Sequence record: OK018184
Length of the DNA stretch: 64,000 nucleotides
Direction: 5' to 3' (one strand)
DNA from: Shigella phage CT01
The notes beneath the pieces were generated by a model that was not told the DNA's origin, made no database searches, and saw only the letters and a list, made by a program, of their open reading frames with translations. Positions within the stretch are counted from its first letter, which is position 1; each line of letters starts with the position of its first letter. The position numbers were made by a program, and so were the translations under genes. This document shows, in pieces, positions 22,182 to 32,604 of this stretch.

Positions 22182-23146
22182 TGTATTCTTTAGAGGAATT
22201 TAATAATCAAGCAATAAACGCAGATTTCCAACGTAATAATATGTTTAGCTGCGTTTTTGCGACAACTCCATCAACTAAAAGCTCTTCGTTGATAAGTTCA
22301 ATTAGCAACTTTTCCTATAATAACTTGGGCCTAAATTCAGATTGGTTAGGATTGACTCAAGGCGATATTAATCAGGGAATTACTACGCTAATTACTGCTG
22401 GCACACAAAAACTGATAAGAAAATCAGGGGTTAGTAAATATCTTATTGGTGCCATGAGTCAACGTACAGTTCAAAGTTTATTAGGCTCATTTACAGTTGG
22501 TACATATTTAATTGACTTCTTTAACATGGCATATAACTCATCTGGATTGATGATATACTCCGTAAAAATGCCAGAGAATAGATTATCCTATGAAACTGAC
22601 TGGAACTATAATTCTCCTAATATTCGCATAACCGGAAGAGAATTAGACCCTTTGGTTATTTCATTTAGAATGGATTCAGAGTCGTGTAATTATCGTGCAA
22701 TGCAAGACTGGGTTAACGCTGTTCAAGACCCAGTAACTGGACTGCGTGCTTTGCCACAAGATGTCGAGGCAGACATTCAGGTTAATCTTCATGCTCGTAA
22801 TGGATTACCTCATACTGCTGTGATGTTCACTGGATGCATTCCAGTGTCAGTGAGCGCTCCTGAGTTATCATACGATGGAGATAACCAAATAACTACATTT
22901 GATGTTACTTTTGCGTATAGAGTCATGCAGGCTGGAGCGGTTGATAGACAAGCTGCGCTTGAGTGGCTTGAATCTGCTGCTATAAATGGCATTCAAAGCG
23001 TTCTCGGAAATAGCGGAGGTGTTACTGGACTATCTAATTCGCTTTCACGACTTAGTAGATTAGGAGGAACTGCAGGAAGCATTTCAAACATTAATACTAT
23101 GACAGGAATTGTCAATTCGCAAAGTAAAATATTAGGAGCAATATAA
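22181..23146 (+). CDS. 54: Baseplate tail-tube junction protein gp54
   Basis: 321 aa; synteny. Confidence 0.88.
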   Translation: MYSLEEFNNQAINADFQRNNMFSCVFATTPSTKSSSLISSISNFSYNNLGLNSDWLGLTQGDINQGITTLITAGTQKLIRKSGVSKYLIGAMSQRTVQSLLGSFTVGTYLIDFFNMAYNSSGLMIYSVKMPENRLSYETDWNYNSPNIRITGRELDPLVISFRMDSESCNYRAMQDWVNAVQDPVTGLRALPQDVEADIQVNLHARNGLPHTAVMFTGCIPVSVSAPELSYDGDNQITTFDVTFAYRVMQAGAVDRQAALEWLESAAINGIQSVLGNSGGVTGLSNSLSRLSRLGGTAGSISNINTMTGIVNSQSKILGAI

Positions 23147-23150
23147 CAAT

Positions 23151-23168
23151 GGGGACCGAAAGGTCCCC
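23151..23168. terminator. Bidirectional hairpin terminator between gene 54 (+) and alt cluster (-)
   Basis: GGGGACC-GAAA-GGTCCCC hairpin followed by T-run. Confidence 0.65.
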
Positions 23169-23174
23169 ATATTT

Positions 23175-23465
23175 TTATTTACGGAATGAAATAAAAGCAG
23201 CAACTGAAGCAACTAAACTGTCTTCAATATAAACTTCAATTTTTACCGGAGCTTCTGACTCAAATTTACCTGTTACTACACCTTGGAAAATGCTTTCAGT
23301 CTGTTCTGGCTTTGAAAAATTTTCAGAAGGAAAAATTCCGAACTTTTTATCTGTTCCAAAAATTTTGATAAATTCATCGTAAACTGCTTCATTAAAAGCG
23401 TTATCAGCAGGAATAACGCCTTCAACTACGAGTTCTTGACCTAAAAAGCGTAAAGAAGATTTCAT
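23175..23465 (-). CDS. Hypothetical protein downstream of alt genes (T4 alt.-3-like position)
   Basis: 96 aa ORF. Confidence 0.6.
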   Translation of the reverse strand: MKSSLRFLGQELVVEGVIPADNAFNEAVYDEFIKIFGTDKKFGIFPSENFSKPEQTESIFQGVVTGKFESEAPVKIEVYIEDSLVASVAAFISFRK

Positions 23466-23525
23466 TTTGTGTTCCTCATGTTATGTCAGTAAAATTATTA
23501 TAACACAACACGAGGGACTTGTAAA

Positions 23526-25583
23526 CTACATTTTGAACTTTTTAGACATTTCGTTGATGTTAACCAAAGAAGCCAAGATTTGAGAAACTTCGTTTTCCTC
23601 TTCTTTTGATTCTTCTACAAGGAATTGATTAAATCCAGCCATTGGACGAACTTCACCAGTTTCCATCAGGTGGTCGCCATCATATACCGATTCTTCTAAT
23701 TGTTCAGAAGGAGGAACGATTGTGCCTTCGATTAGATACTTGTTATAAGCAGTTTCTTTCATCATGTACGTACTCACTTTATTAATCTTCAGTAAAATTC
23801 CACGTGGTAAAATAACTTCAGCTTCTGATGGAAATCCTGATAAATGACCCGGAACGATAACTTTGATTCGCTCAGCTCCTTTAATTACCATACCCACGCT
23901 AGTTTCAGCATCTTCATTCGCATAAGCAGAGTGACTGCCCATATGCATTAAATCTTCAGCATCAACTGAACCTTCTCCTTCACCAGAAAATACTGCACCA
24001 GAATCATCTAGAGCCATATAGTTTTTACCATACTCACCGAAGATATTTGGTTTAAGCGATGTGGATACGAAGTTCTTGAAATAGAACATTTTATTTTCAA
24101 TATTATGACGTAAAGTTTTAAAGGTAACTTCTTGTCCACGGTAAAGTGTAGTTCCTGGAGGAAGAACTGATCCTTTGGCAAAGGCAGAATCCATTGTCTC
24201 GATGTGTTTAATAGCTCGTTCCATGTATTCTTCACGTGTAGAATCTGGTTTACCTAAAAGGAACGAGTTCATTTCAACATATGAATCTGCACAATAATCT
24301 TCAATTACATCAGACTCAGCCTGAGTTAATCCTTTTGGAGTTACTTCAGTACTTGCATATTCATACGCTTGAGAAGCAGACTCATTAATCAATTTATAAA
24401 TGCCATTCATGACAAATTGAATAATAGCTACCTTTTCATCTGGCGTGGCTTTAGAACCTTTAACTAAATCATTGACAATTTTCTTAATAACATCAAAACT
24501 ATTAGAAATATTAATGTCAGCAAGATCGCTTAAAATTTTATCGGTTTTATAATCAAAAAATTCTTTATTCTTTAAATATTCTTGAGAACCTTGATATGTT
24601 ATATCGCTCTGTAACTTGATAGATGGATCACGTAAACGTGCATGAGCCAATGCAATATGATTTCGGAAGCTTTCTAGTTCATAATCACTAGATTTAAAAC
24701 GAGAAGCACTTCTCATACCACCGATAGCTCCTTTGCTGAAGTTTGAACCAACCTGAATAACGCCGGAGTTCATTGGTCCTTCTGCTTTATATACCGGAAC
24801 TTTAGATTCAAACTCTTGATATTTCTTAGCAGCGAAGCTATCACCCTGAAGTGAAGCATCGACAGTAGAGTATTGAGCTTGTGCTGCTAATCGACGACTA
24901 ATTTTAGTTTTCTGAATAACAGCTTGATCCGTGCGCTTATCATTTTCTAAAGCAATAGAAGCAGCAACAGCAACAGCTTTAGGAACAGCATTGCCTGTTT
25001 TAACATCTACATAAACATCACCAACCTTTGATTCAACTTTTGTGAATAACTCAGTTGAAATAGGAGGTACACCTGGAATGTCTTCTAAATTGGCATTTTT
25101 ACGGTAAACCATAATATATGCATATTTCTTATCATAGTCCCAGATTTCTTTTAAAAGAACATATCGACCTGCTCCTTTAGTACGTACTAAACGGTCGGCA
25201 ATAACCTGCATTTGACGAGCTGCGCCATTTGTTTTACTTTTTAGTACGCGGAATAAGCATGCGTCAATTTTATACTGTTTCATTGTTTGAAGAGCAGTAT
25301 CAAAAACGGCATTAATGACACCAATTGGATTTCCACCCAAGTTTTTAAGTTTAACTAATGATAGTTTCTCATTAACACCTATCATTACGATATGCATCAT
25401 TTTATCGCCTGGCTTAACATTTTTATTTGTATCACCACCAGAGGTGTATGTACAAAATCTAAATCCAGGAAGCACACTTTCTTCGCCTGCTTGAATAGCA
25501 AAAATTTGAGGTATTTTATGCTTCGGATTTAAGTTAACAACCGGCGCTTCGGCGCCGTCAAATAATTCTGTAATAAGTTCCAT
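23526..25583 (-). CDS. Alt-like ADP-ribosyltransferase paralogue (second copy)
   Basis: 685 aa; N-terminus MELITELFD shared with adjacent alt; ART motifs R (TLYRGQ), STS (VSTSL), E-x-E (SEAEV) intact. Confidence 0.8.
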   Translation of the reverse strand: MELITELFDGAEAPVVNLNPKHKIPQIFAIQAGEESVLPGFRFCTYTSGGDTNKNVKPGDKMMHIVMIGVNEKLSLVKLKNLGGNPIGVINAVFDTALQTMKQYKIDACLFRVLKSKTNGAARQMQVIADRLVRTKGAGRYVLLKEIWDYDKKYAYIMVYRKNANLEDIPGVPPISTELFTKVESKVGDVYVDVKTGNAVPKAVAVAASIALENDKRTDQAVIQKTKISRRLAAQAQYSTVDASLQGDSFAAKKYQEFESKVPVYKAEGPMNSGVIQVGSNFSKGAIGGMRSASRFKSSDYELESFRNHIALAHARLRDPSIKLQSDITYQGSQEYLKNKEFFDYKTDKILSDLADINISNSFDVIKKIVNDLVKGSKATPDEKVAIIQFVMNGIYKLINESASQAYEYASTEVTPKGLTQAESDVIEDYCADSYVEMNSFLLGKPDSTREEYMERAIKHIETMDSAFAKGSVLPPGTTLYRGQEVTFKTLRHNIENKMFYFKNFVSTSLKPNIFGEYGKNYMALDDSGAVFSGEGEGSVDAEDLMHMGSHSAYANEDAETSVGMVIKGAERIKVIVPGHLSGFPSEAEVILPRGILLKINKVSTYMMKETAYNKYLIEGTIVPPSEQLEESVYDGDHLMETGEVRPMAGFNQFLVEESKEEENEVSQILASLVNINEMSKKFKM

Positions 25584-25586
25584 GAT

Positions 25587-27683
25587 TTATCCTTGAACGA
25601 ACTTGTAAGGCATGTTTGTAATATCTATGCAAGACGCAATAATTCCAAGAGATGATTCTACTTTCTGTTTAACGTTTGATGAAACAAATGATGCAAAGTC
25701 AACTCTGTCTTCTACTTCAATATCACCTGTCATTGCAACTACTTCGCCGGTTTCCATTAGACGGTCACCGTCATAAATGACTGATTCGGTGAGTTCTTCC
25801 GTAGTCATAACTTCAGCTTGAATGAGTTTTGTATTATTAGATGTTGTTCCGTCATTATTAGAAGCATCAGTTATTTTATTAACTTTGACCATCAATCCGC
25901 GCGGTAGAATAACTTCAGCTTCAGTTGCTATTCCGAGACTTCCTGGATATACAACATTAACTTTATGAGCTCCATCAATTGCCCATCCTATTTGAACTTT
26001 AACGTATTCAGGATTTTCTTTATACGCTCTTATTTCGTTTGGATTAATAGTTATTCCTTCTTCATTTTTATCAACTGTTAATTCATTACGAGCTTCTGGT
26101 TCTAAAAGACCGATACCAGCATGTGTAATTCCAAAACGTCCAAAAATGATAGGAGTTAAAGAAGTAGATACAAAATTTCTGAAATAGAACACTTTATTTT
26201 TAACTAGCGCTTCGTATATAGGAGCAGTCATACTTTGAGCACGATAAACTGTAATGCCTTCTGGTATACGGTCACCATTTTCAAAAGCTGAATCTAAATT
26301 ATTTATCGCAGATTCAATTTCTTTTTCACTCATTACATCATATCGTTCTGGATTGTAGCGGCCTAAAAGAAGATTATTGATGTCAGTATATCCTGATCCA
26401 CAATACTCTCTAATGCCGCGCTTTTGCGATGGAGTATATTTAGAACCATCACGTGCAATGGTAATATCAATCATTGGACCTGCACCAATTCCAGAAAAAC
26501 TATAAATCATTCGTTTGAGGAATTTAGTTTTTGCTGCGTTCCAGGAATTTTTAGTTATTTCTTCCCAGACTTCATCTGGCTGCCCTTTACGAGTTTTATT
26601 ATGTTTATCAAGCCAATTATCTTTATATTCTTCAAAGAATTGATTAACAGCTGCTGCGTATTTCTCTAAACATTTTATTGAAGTAGTTGGTTCATTTTTA
26701 ATCGCATTAAGAATTACATCTTTAATTTTTTCAGAAACTTCATTAACCTCACTTTTTGAAAAGAATTTATAGTCATAGTGAAGTTCATCTGCGGTTCCTT
26801 CGGCAATAATTTTTGCTGCCTTAGTTTTAGAAGCTAATGAATTAATTCCAAGCTTCATTTCTTCTGCTTCTGGAATTAAAGGAGCAGTAGCAGGTTTATT
26901 AAAATTAGCTGCGGTAGATTCATACTTCTGAAATAATTCACTTTCAAATCTAGAAGATTCTAATGATTGACTTTGTGCAATTGCTCTACGGGAAATTTTA
27001 ACTTTAACTATTACAGCTTGGTCAGAACGTTTATCATTTTCTTGCGCAATAGATGCTGCAATTGCTTCATTTTTAGTTACTTGAGCTCCAGTATCTTTAT
27101 TGATATAAACATCGCCGACCTTCGATTCAACTTTAGTAAAGAGCTCGGTACTAATTTCCGGAACTCCTGGAATGTCTTCTAGTGATACATTTTTGCGATG
27201 TATAAGAATATATGCATACTTTTTATCATAATCCCAGAGTTCCTTAAGAAGGACGTATCTGCCACCTGAACGACTACGGATAAGTCTATCAGCAATAAGT
27301 TGAATTTGTCGAGCTTGACCAGCAGTTTTAGACTTAAGAATACGAAGCATGCAGGCATCAATTTTATACTGACGCATCGTCTGCATTGCAACAGTAAAAA
27401 CTGAATTGATATAATTAATTGGGCTTGGACCGAGACCTTTCAATTTAGCAATTGAACCTTTAGCAGTTAATGTAAAAGGAACAATGTGCATCATTTTATC
27501 GCCCATCTTTAGATCACGGTTAGTATCACCTCCAGATGTATAGGTACATAAACGAAAGCCTGGTTGTTCAATTGCGTCATCAACATGAACTGAAAAAATT
27601 TGCGGTATTTTCTTCTTTGGATTTAAGTTTGTAATCGGAAGAGTAGTATCTTCGTCAAATAATTCTGTAATGAGTTCCATCAT
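25587..27683 (-). CDS. alt: Alt ADP-ribosyltransferase (packaged head protein that modifies host RNA polymerase)
   Basis: 698 aa; ART motifs R (TVYRAQ), STS (VSTSL), E-x-E (TEAEV); adjacent to gene 30 as in T4. Confidence 0.85.
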   Translation of the reverse strand: MMELITELFDEDTTLPITNLNPKKKIPQIFSVHVDDAIEQPGFRLCTYTSGGDTNRDLKMGDKMMHIVPFTLTAKGSIAKLKGLGPSPINYINSVFTVAMQTMRQYKIDACMLRILKSKTAGQARQIQLIADRLIRSRSGGRYVLLKELWDYDKKYAYILIHRKNVSLEDIPGVPEISTELFTKVESKVGDVYINKDTGAQVTKNEAIAASIAQENDKRSDQAVIVKVKISRRAIAQSQSLESSRFESELFQKYESTAANFNKPATAPLIPEAEEMKLGINSLASKTKAAKIIAEGTADELHYDYKFFSKSEVNEVSEKIKDVILNAIKNEPTTSIKCLEKYAAAVNQFFEEYKDNWLDKHNKTRKGQPDEVWEEITKNSWNAAKTKFLKRMIYSFSGIGAGPMIDITIARDGSKYTPSQKRGIREYCGSGYTDINNLLLGRYNPERYDVMSEKEIESAINNLDSAFENGDRIPEGITVYRAQSMTAPIYEALVKNKVFYFRNFVSTSLTPIIFGRFGITHAGIGLLEPEARNELTVDKNEEGITINPNEIRAYKENPEYVKVQIGWAIDGAHKVNVVYPGSLGIATEAEVILPRGLMVKVNKITDASNNDGTTSNNTKLIQAEVMTTEELTESVIYDGDRLMETGEVVAMTGDIEVEDRVDFASFVSSNVKQKVESSLGIIASCIDITNMPYKFVQG

Positions 27684-27732
27684 ATCCTCTCTAGTGTTTA
27701 TTCTATTTATAAAATTAAAGGCCCGAAGGCCT

Positions 27733-27921
27733 TTAATAATCTAATGGTAAGAGAGTACGATATATTTCAAACTTTGGCCCTTTTTCATAGGCATCAAATG
27801 TTTCTGTAAATTTATTATAAGCATATGCATCTACAAATTCGAGAATGACTTGTGATACAGAAGTAGAAACATCTCCACCTTCTTTTTGAGCTATAACAAT
27901 TGTTTCTAAGTAAGCTTTCAT
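27733..27921 (-). CDS. Hypothetical small protein between gene 30 and alt
   Basis: 62 aa ORF with start overlapping gene 30 stop. Confidence 0.5.
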   Translation of the reverse strand: MKAYLETIVIAQKEGGDVSTSVSQVILEFVDAYAYNKFTETFDAYEKGPKFEIYRTLLPLDY

Positions 27922-29378
27922 AGACCAGTTACCTCATGAAAATCACCAAATACATCCTCGAATGTATTAGCTTTAGTTTTATCTTCACGTAAACGAATCG
28001 CAATCGGAAGAAATAATTTAACGTAATCAGTGCGGCCATCAGATTTTAACCAACCGTTGCATTCGCACTCTAGAATTTTTCCAATATAATAATTTTGGTT
28101 TTCCATAATGCGAGTACGGTCAAGTTCATGTGATTTTACACCAGCTTTATCTTTTAAACCTGAACCAGCATTTACCTTAATTTTTCCACACTCTGATTCA
28201 AGAATAAATCCACCTGCTTTAGTAGGGTCTTTACGGTGAGGATAAATTCCTACAATTTTTAAATCAACATCAATTACTTCTTTAAATTTATAGAGATTTT
28301 TTGAACGAGCATTTTCCCACAATCCATCGGTATTTTTGAGAATAATACCTTCAAGACCTCGGTCAATATATTTTTTATAAATTACCTTAGCTTCATCTAG
28401 GTTATTTACTACCTGGTTTTCAATTAAAATTACTTTATCATATCCTGATGTCATTTGTTCTAGTTTAGAAAAACGTACATCATATTTTAAACGAAACGCC
28501 GGAAGACCGTATATTTCTACCAACGGGACATAATCCCAGACCTGAAACTTCATACATTTGGCTTCTTTTTCTGAAATAGTTCCCTTTAAAGATTTATTGG
28601 CGATTCCATTAGAAGCAGTACGAGATTCAGCTACTTCAGCAAACTCTTTAACTTTACTATTTTCAGGAGAGTCAAAAAGAAAATCTAGGCCTTCTGGCTC
28701 CTTTTCAACTTGCTCATGGTATACCAATTCGCCATCAATTAACACACCTTCTGGATGAATCTGGCGGGCTTCAGCAGTCATTTTGATTAGATCTTCCTTA
28801 AGAAGATCTAATCCTAGATATTCATTACCAGCTCGCGATAAAAGACGAACATCATCTAATTCATCGCCTCGGACTTCAGCAAAACACCGAGCTCCATCTG
28901 CTTTTAACTGCGCAAAAGCTGGAAACTTGATATTCTTACTAATGCCTTTTTCATCATAAGAACTTGCCAGCATTTGAGGTTGTTCAGGAATTAAACCTGG
29001 CCAAACTTTGTTTGCAATAGATACTGAAGCACCACATTCAAGGTCTCGCATCATAACTCGACGCAAAACTTCAACATCATCCTTTTTACCATCGGTGATA
29101 TATCCAGTTAATTCCTCAATTGCTGCATTGCCAGTTAATTTCCGAGTAGCTAACGTGAATTCAATGAAGTCAAGCATATCGGTAATAGTCAGCATTCCAA
29201 AACTCTGGGTAGCAATACCAGGTTTAGGCCATTTCTTGATATAATACTGTAACCCACGAGAATAAGTCAGACGATATACTCGTTTAAGCAATTCATTATC
29301 TTTATTCTTTTCAAGAATTGCTTGCTTCTGCTTAGTTGAACCAATAGATGCTATTTCATTTAGAATTTCAAGAATCAT
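27918..29378 (-). CDS. 30: ATP-dependent DNA ligase gp30
   Basis: 486 aa; near-identical to recalled T4 DNA ligase sequence (MILKILNEIASIGSTKQKQ...); contains the KADGAR adenylation motif. Confidence 0.95.
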   Translation of the reverse strand: MILEILNEIASIGSTKQKQAILEKNKDNELLKRVYRLTYSRGLQYYIKKWPKPGIATQSFGMLTITDMLDFIEFTLATRKLTGNAAIEELTGYITDGKKDDVEVLRRVMMRDLECGASVSIANKVWPGLIPEQPQMLASSYDEKGISKNIKFPAFAQLKADGARCFAEVRGDELDDVRLLSRAGNEYLGLDLLKEDLIKMTAEARQIHPEGVLIDGELVYHEQVEKEPEGLDFLFDSPENSKVKEFAEVAESRTASNGIANKSLKGTISEKEAKCMKFQVWDYVPLVEIYGLPAFRLKYDVRFSKLEQMTSGYDKVILIENQVVNNLDEAKVIYKKYIDRGLEGIILKNTDGLWENARSKNLYKFKEVIDVDLKIVGIYPHRKDPTKAGGFILESECGKIKVNAGSGLKDKAGVKSHELDRTRIMENQNYYIGKILECECNGWLKSDGRTDYVKLFLPIAIRLREDKTKANTFEDVFGDFHEVTGL

Positions 29379-29644
29379 TGCTCATCCTTCAAGGTTTGGT
29401 TTACAGCTCTATTATAAATCAATTCATCATTAAGCTCAGGCAAAGACTTATGATATGTAGTTCTAACTTTATTTCCTTGCATCCAGTGCTTGACGTAAAT
29501 GAAACCTTGCTCTACACATTTTTTAAAAATTCGTTCATCCTTTTGAGCACGGAACTCTGGATTACATCTAAAAAATTGATTTACGTGACCGTAATCACGT
29601 GTAGTATTACCTTCATTTTCATAAATAGTATGAACAACAAACAT
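29375..29644 (-). CDS. Hypothetical protein (T4 30.1 position)
   Basis: 89 aa ORF, overlapping starts/stops. Confidence 0.6.
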   Translation of the reverse strand: MFVVHTIYENEGNTTRDYGHVNQFFRCNPEFRAQKDERIFKKCVEQGFIYVKHWMQGNKVRTTYHKSLPELNDELIYNRAVNQTLKDEQ

Positions 29645-30576
29645 TAGAATGCTCCTTGAAAAATATTATCACCACTAGTAGGTCTATTATACAAATACTC
29701 TATGCCACCAGGTTTAATATAGTTCCATGTCTGAAACGGATGTGTCTGATATGGATGATATAGATGATTATTAGGTCTATTATACAAATACTCTATGCCA
29801 CCAGGTTTAATATAGTTCCATGTCTGAAACGGATGTGTCTGATATGGATGATATAGATGATTATAAGGATTTAATCCAGGCGTTCTCCAGGTAGTGTTCC
29901 AAGGAAAAGAATCGTTTTTAACCATCTTCTCAATTAAATCTTTTATAGCTTTTTCACTATCAAAACTTTCTTTATTTTCCTTCGGCGAAAAAAGCTTATT
30001 TTCTACATCATTCCATGTATAAACTCGCTGCGCAGTTTTTGGAATATTGTCACGCTCTCCTCGAGCCATCCAATAAACAGGAACATTTAATATTTCACTC
30101 GCATGATCGCAGTGATGAGCGAGATCGTCAATATAACAAATTACGTTATATTTCTCTTTTGCCTTTTTGAACAGCTCTTCTTTTGAAGAATCATGACCAC
30201 ACATCATTACTTCCGAGAAAGCACCAGGAAAAAGAGCATTCAAATTAAATTGACGATTCAACAGAGCGTCAATAGAATCACCCAATGCTGTAACAGCTAC
30301 AAAATTATAATCTTCTTTTAATTTGTTAATTACACACAGGGCATCTTTATACGGAGACAAGTAACGAATAAAATCTGAACGATTGTATTTTTCAATTAAC
30401 TTGACGCCAAGTTCTTCGTCACAATTAAAGAGTTTACCCGGAGAAATAAATTTCTCATCTTGGATCATTTTTAAAATATGTTCTAATGGAAGATTATATT
30501 TCTGAGCAAAATAAGGAAGGCCTGATTGCCAGCTTAAACATACTCCATCAATATCAGTTAAAATAGTTGGCTTCAT
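29644..30576 (-). CDS. HAD-superfamily hydrolase-like protein (T4 30.2 position) with internal 31-aa tandem duplication
   Basis: 310 aa; N-terminal ILTDIDGV resembles HAD motif I; 93-bp perfect tandem repeat near C-terminus. Confidence 0.65.
   Translation of the reverse strand: MKPTILTDIDGVCLSWQSGLPYFAQKYNLPLEHILKMIQDEKFISPGKLFNCDEELGVKLIEKYNRSDFIRYLSPYKDALCVINKLKEDYNFVAVTALGDSIDALLNRQFNLNALFPGAFSEVMMCGHDSSKEELFKKAKEKYNVICYIDDLAHHCDHASEILNVPVYWMARGERDNIPKTAQRVYTWNDVENKLFSPKENKESFDSEKAIKDLIEKMVKNDSFPWNTTWRTPGLNPYNHLYHPYQTHPFQTWNYIKPGGIEYLYNRPNNHLYHPYQTHPFQTWNYIKPGGIEYLYNRPTSGDNIFQGAF
29679..29864. repeat. 93-bp perfect tandem duplication (2 copies) inside 30.2 ORF
   Basis: 29679-29771 is identical to 29772-29864; in frame, duplicates 31 codons. 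Confidence 0.9.
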
Positions 30577-31037
30577 AGAGAGTCTCTTAATAGGTTTAAC
30601 ACATCAATAAATTCAGCTTCGGTTAGTATTGTATCATCTTTTGTTAGACCACTAGCCATGCTGTGCTTCAAAACTTTTCCTTTCGAGGCTTGTAATGCAT
30701 CACGAAAGCCCCTGTTTTGGATTGCTGCTTCAAAATATGCATTTGTGTATAATTCTTTCCATGCTGGAGAGTATCTTGAAAATGGAACTCCAAGCCAAAA
30801 GAGGGTCCCACGGTCCTGAGCTCTAGCATAAGACCTTCCAGCTTGTTGGGCGGCAAGCCCGGACATCCCAAATATACGTCTTTGCTGTTCAACATTTTTC
30901 ACCTTACATCCTTGGAGGAATCCTTCGAGACCTCCAAATTGGATACCATCCATAACGAAAGGCCATTGAGCGAAATTGCTTAATGCACATGATGGCCATC
31001 TAAAATTGCTTCTTATCTCTAGCTCAGACATTTTCAA
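30573..31037 (-). CDS. Hypothetical protein (T4 30.3 position)
   Basis: 154 aa ORF. Confidence 0.6.
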   Translation of the reverse strand: MKMSELEIRSNFRWPSCALSNFAQWPFVMDGIQFGGLEGFLQGCKVKNVEQQRRIFGMSGLAAQQAGRSYARAQDRGTLFWLGVPFSRYSPAWKELYTNAYFEAAIQNRGFRDALQASKGKVLKHSMASGLTKDDTILTEAEFIDVLNLLRDSL

Positions 31038-31230
31038 TACTTATAATTTCAACATCAGCCCAATGACCATAGCAAGGAAGACGAAATTCAACTGGCCAGT
31101 TAGGGTCCTTTTCTAATATAATAGACTTAACTTGTGGTTCTTCATGTTCATCGGTATACGGACCTTTATATGTTACTTTATATGTGACCTTAATGTACTG
31201 AATTCCAAAAATCTTATTAATTATATTCAT
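31024..31230 (-). CDS. Hypothetical small protein
   Basis: 68 aa ORF. Confidence 0.5.
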   Translation of the reverse strand: MNIINKIFGIQYIKVTYKVTYKGPYTDEHEEPQVKSIILEKDPNWPVEFRLPCYGHWADVEIISIENV

Positions 31231-31424
31231 ACTAATTCCTTTAATCCATAGATAGGAGATAATTCATCGCCCATACGAAGGTCTTCATTTCCATCTACCC
31301 AAGAAACAATATAAGCTTCTTTTATTTGAACGTCTCTCCATTTAAATGCAGGCAAAACCTTAGAAATTAATCCAGGTATACCGACTCCCTTTAATTCAAC
31401 AGTTTGACCCAAAAAGAATTTCAT
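31227..31424 (-). CDS. Hypothetical small protein
   Basis: 65 aa ORF. Confidence 0.5.
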   Translation of the reverse strand: MKFFLGQTVELKGVGIPGLISKVLPAFKWRDVQIKEAYIVSWVDGNEDLRMGDELSPIYGLKELV

Positions 31425-31711
31425 TAGAACCTCATCTGAAATCCGTGCGATTTAACATTACCACCACCAATGTCAGAAATATTAATTTCACGCGCAATTG
31501 AAGGGTCAATGTCAATTTCACGATTAAGTTTAGTGATAGCTAAAGTATCACGCCCATTTACAGTACGGAACTCTAAAGGGCAGACTACATTAACATAGTT
31601 TTTAATCGATTCACTAGTAGGCTGCAAATGAGCAGGAAGGTCTTTAGGCGCCTTAGAGAAAACCACTTCACAGAAATTTTTGCGGGTATCAAAATAAGTA
31701 GTCATAAACAT
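31424..31711 (-). CDS. Hypothetical protein
   Basis: ORF track gives 112 aa; a likelier start is the internal ATG at 31711, preceded by GAGG and a hairpin. Confidence 0.5.
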   Translation of the reverse strand: MFMTTYFDTRKNFCEVVFSKAPKDLPAHLQPTSESIKNYVNVVCPLEFRTVNGRDTLAITKLNREIDIDPSIAREINISDIGGGNVKSHGFQMRF

Positions 31712-31751
31712 AACATTTTCCTCAGTAAGGGGCCAAAGCCCCTCATTTATT

Positions 31752-32117
31752 TTAAATATCAAATTCGTTAAGAACTACATCAAAGATTGCTTCAAGATGC
31801 TCAGGTTTAGCTCTGTTACTCAGAATATGACGAATCCAAGTTTTAACCAAAAGCTTGCGATTAACGCCATTCCAGCAAGGATGAGTCCCTAAATCGCGTT
31901 CACGGAAATCATCATCCAGAGCGATTTTAAAGTTGGAACCTTCCATCGTGATTGAAACCGTGATACCGTTTTCAAATCGCATATAAACGTAGTTAGGAGT
32001 CATATACTGTTCAATTTCGCATACTGATCCATTTTGATGTTTCCAAAGGCAGATAGTATCAATAGAACCTGCAATACCGTTAGAAACATATTTACGTTCA
32101 AAGTTGATGTAGTTCAT
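31752..32117 (-). CDS. Hypothetical protein
   Basis: 121 aa ORF. Confidence 0.55.
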   Translation of the reverse strand: MNYINFERKYVSNGIAGSIDTICLWKHQNGSVCEIEQYMTPNYVYMRFENGITVSITMEGSNFKIALDDDFRERDLGTHPCWNGVNRKLLVKTWIRHILSNRAKPEHLEAIFDVVLNEFDI

Positions 32118-32185
32118 TTTTATTCTCCGAGATGTTTAATTGCGGTACAGGTATATAATATCATATCCTGTACCAAAGTAAACAA

Positions 32186-32518
32186 TTATTTTACTACTTT
32201 CCAGTGCTGCATGTCAAGTTTGCCAACTTTTTTCATCTTCTCAATTAAGCGTTCGGCACGTTGGCGAGCTGTAACATAATACCATTCACCTAATTCATTT
32301 TGTTCAATTTTTCCAACGATTACTGTATTCAATTCATAAATCCAACCAGTAAAGAAATTATGAACTTGAATTGTAAAGGTGAAATCTGTTCCCATACCTT
32401 CTGTTGTTTCTACTTCAATAATATCACCTTCAACTGCCATTAAGAACCACATAGTTTCATCATATTTACCGTTGAAGCATTTAGTTTTAACTGTAGCGTT
32501 CAGATTAATCGTTTTCAT
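32186..32518 (-). CDS. Hypothetical protein
   Basis: 110 aa ORF. Confidence 0.55.
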   Translation of the reverse strand: MKTINLNATVKTKCFNGKYDETMWFLMAVEGDIIEVETTEGMGTDFTFTIQVHNFFTGWIYELNTVIVGKIEQNELGEWYYVTARQRAERLIEKMKKVGKLDMQHWKVVK

Positions 32519-32604
32519 TTTATTCTCCTTTGTTTGTATGAGATAATACTATCACAAAGGAACTATACTGTAAACAACTTTGTGTAATCTTTGGAAAATA
32601 AAAA

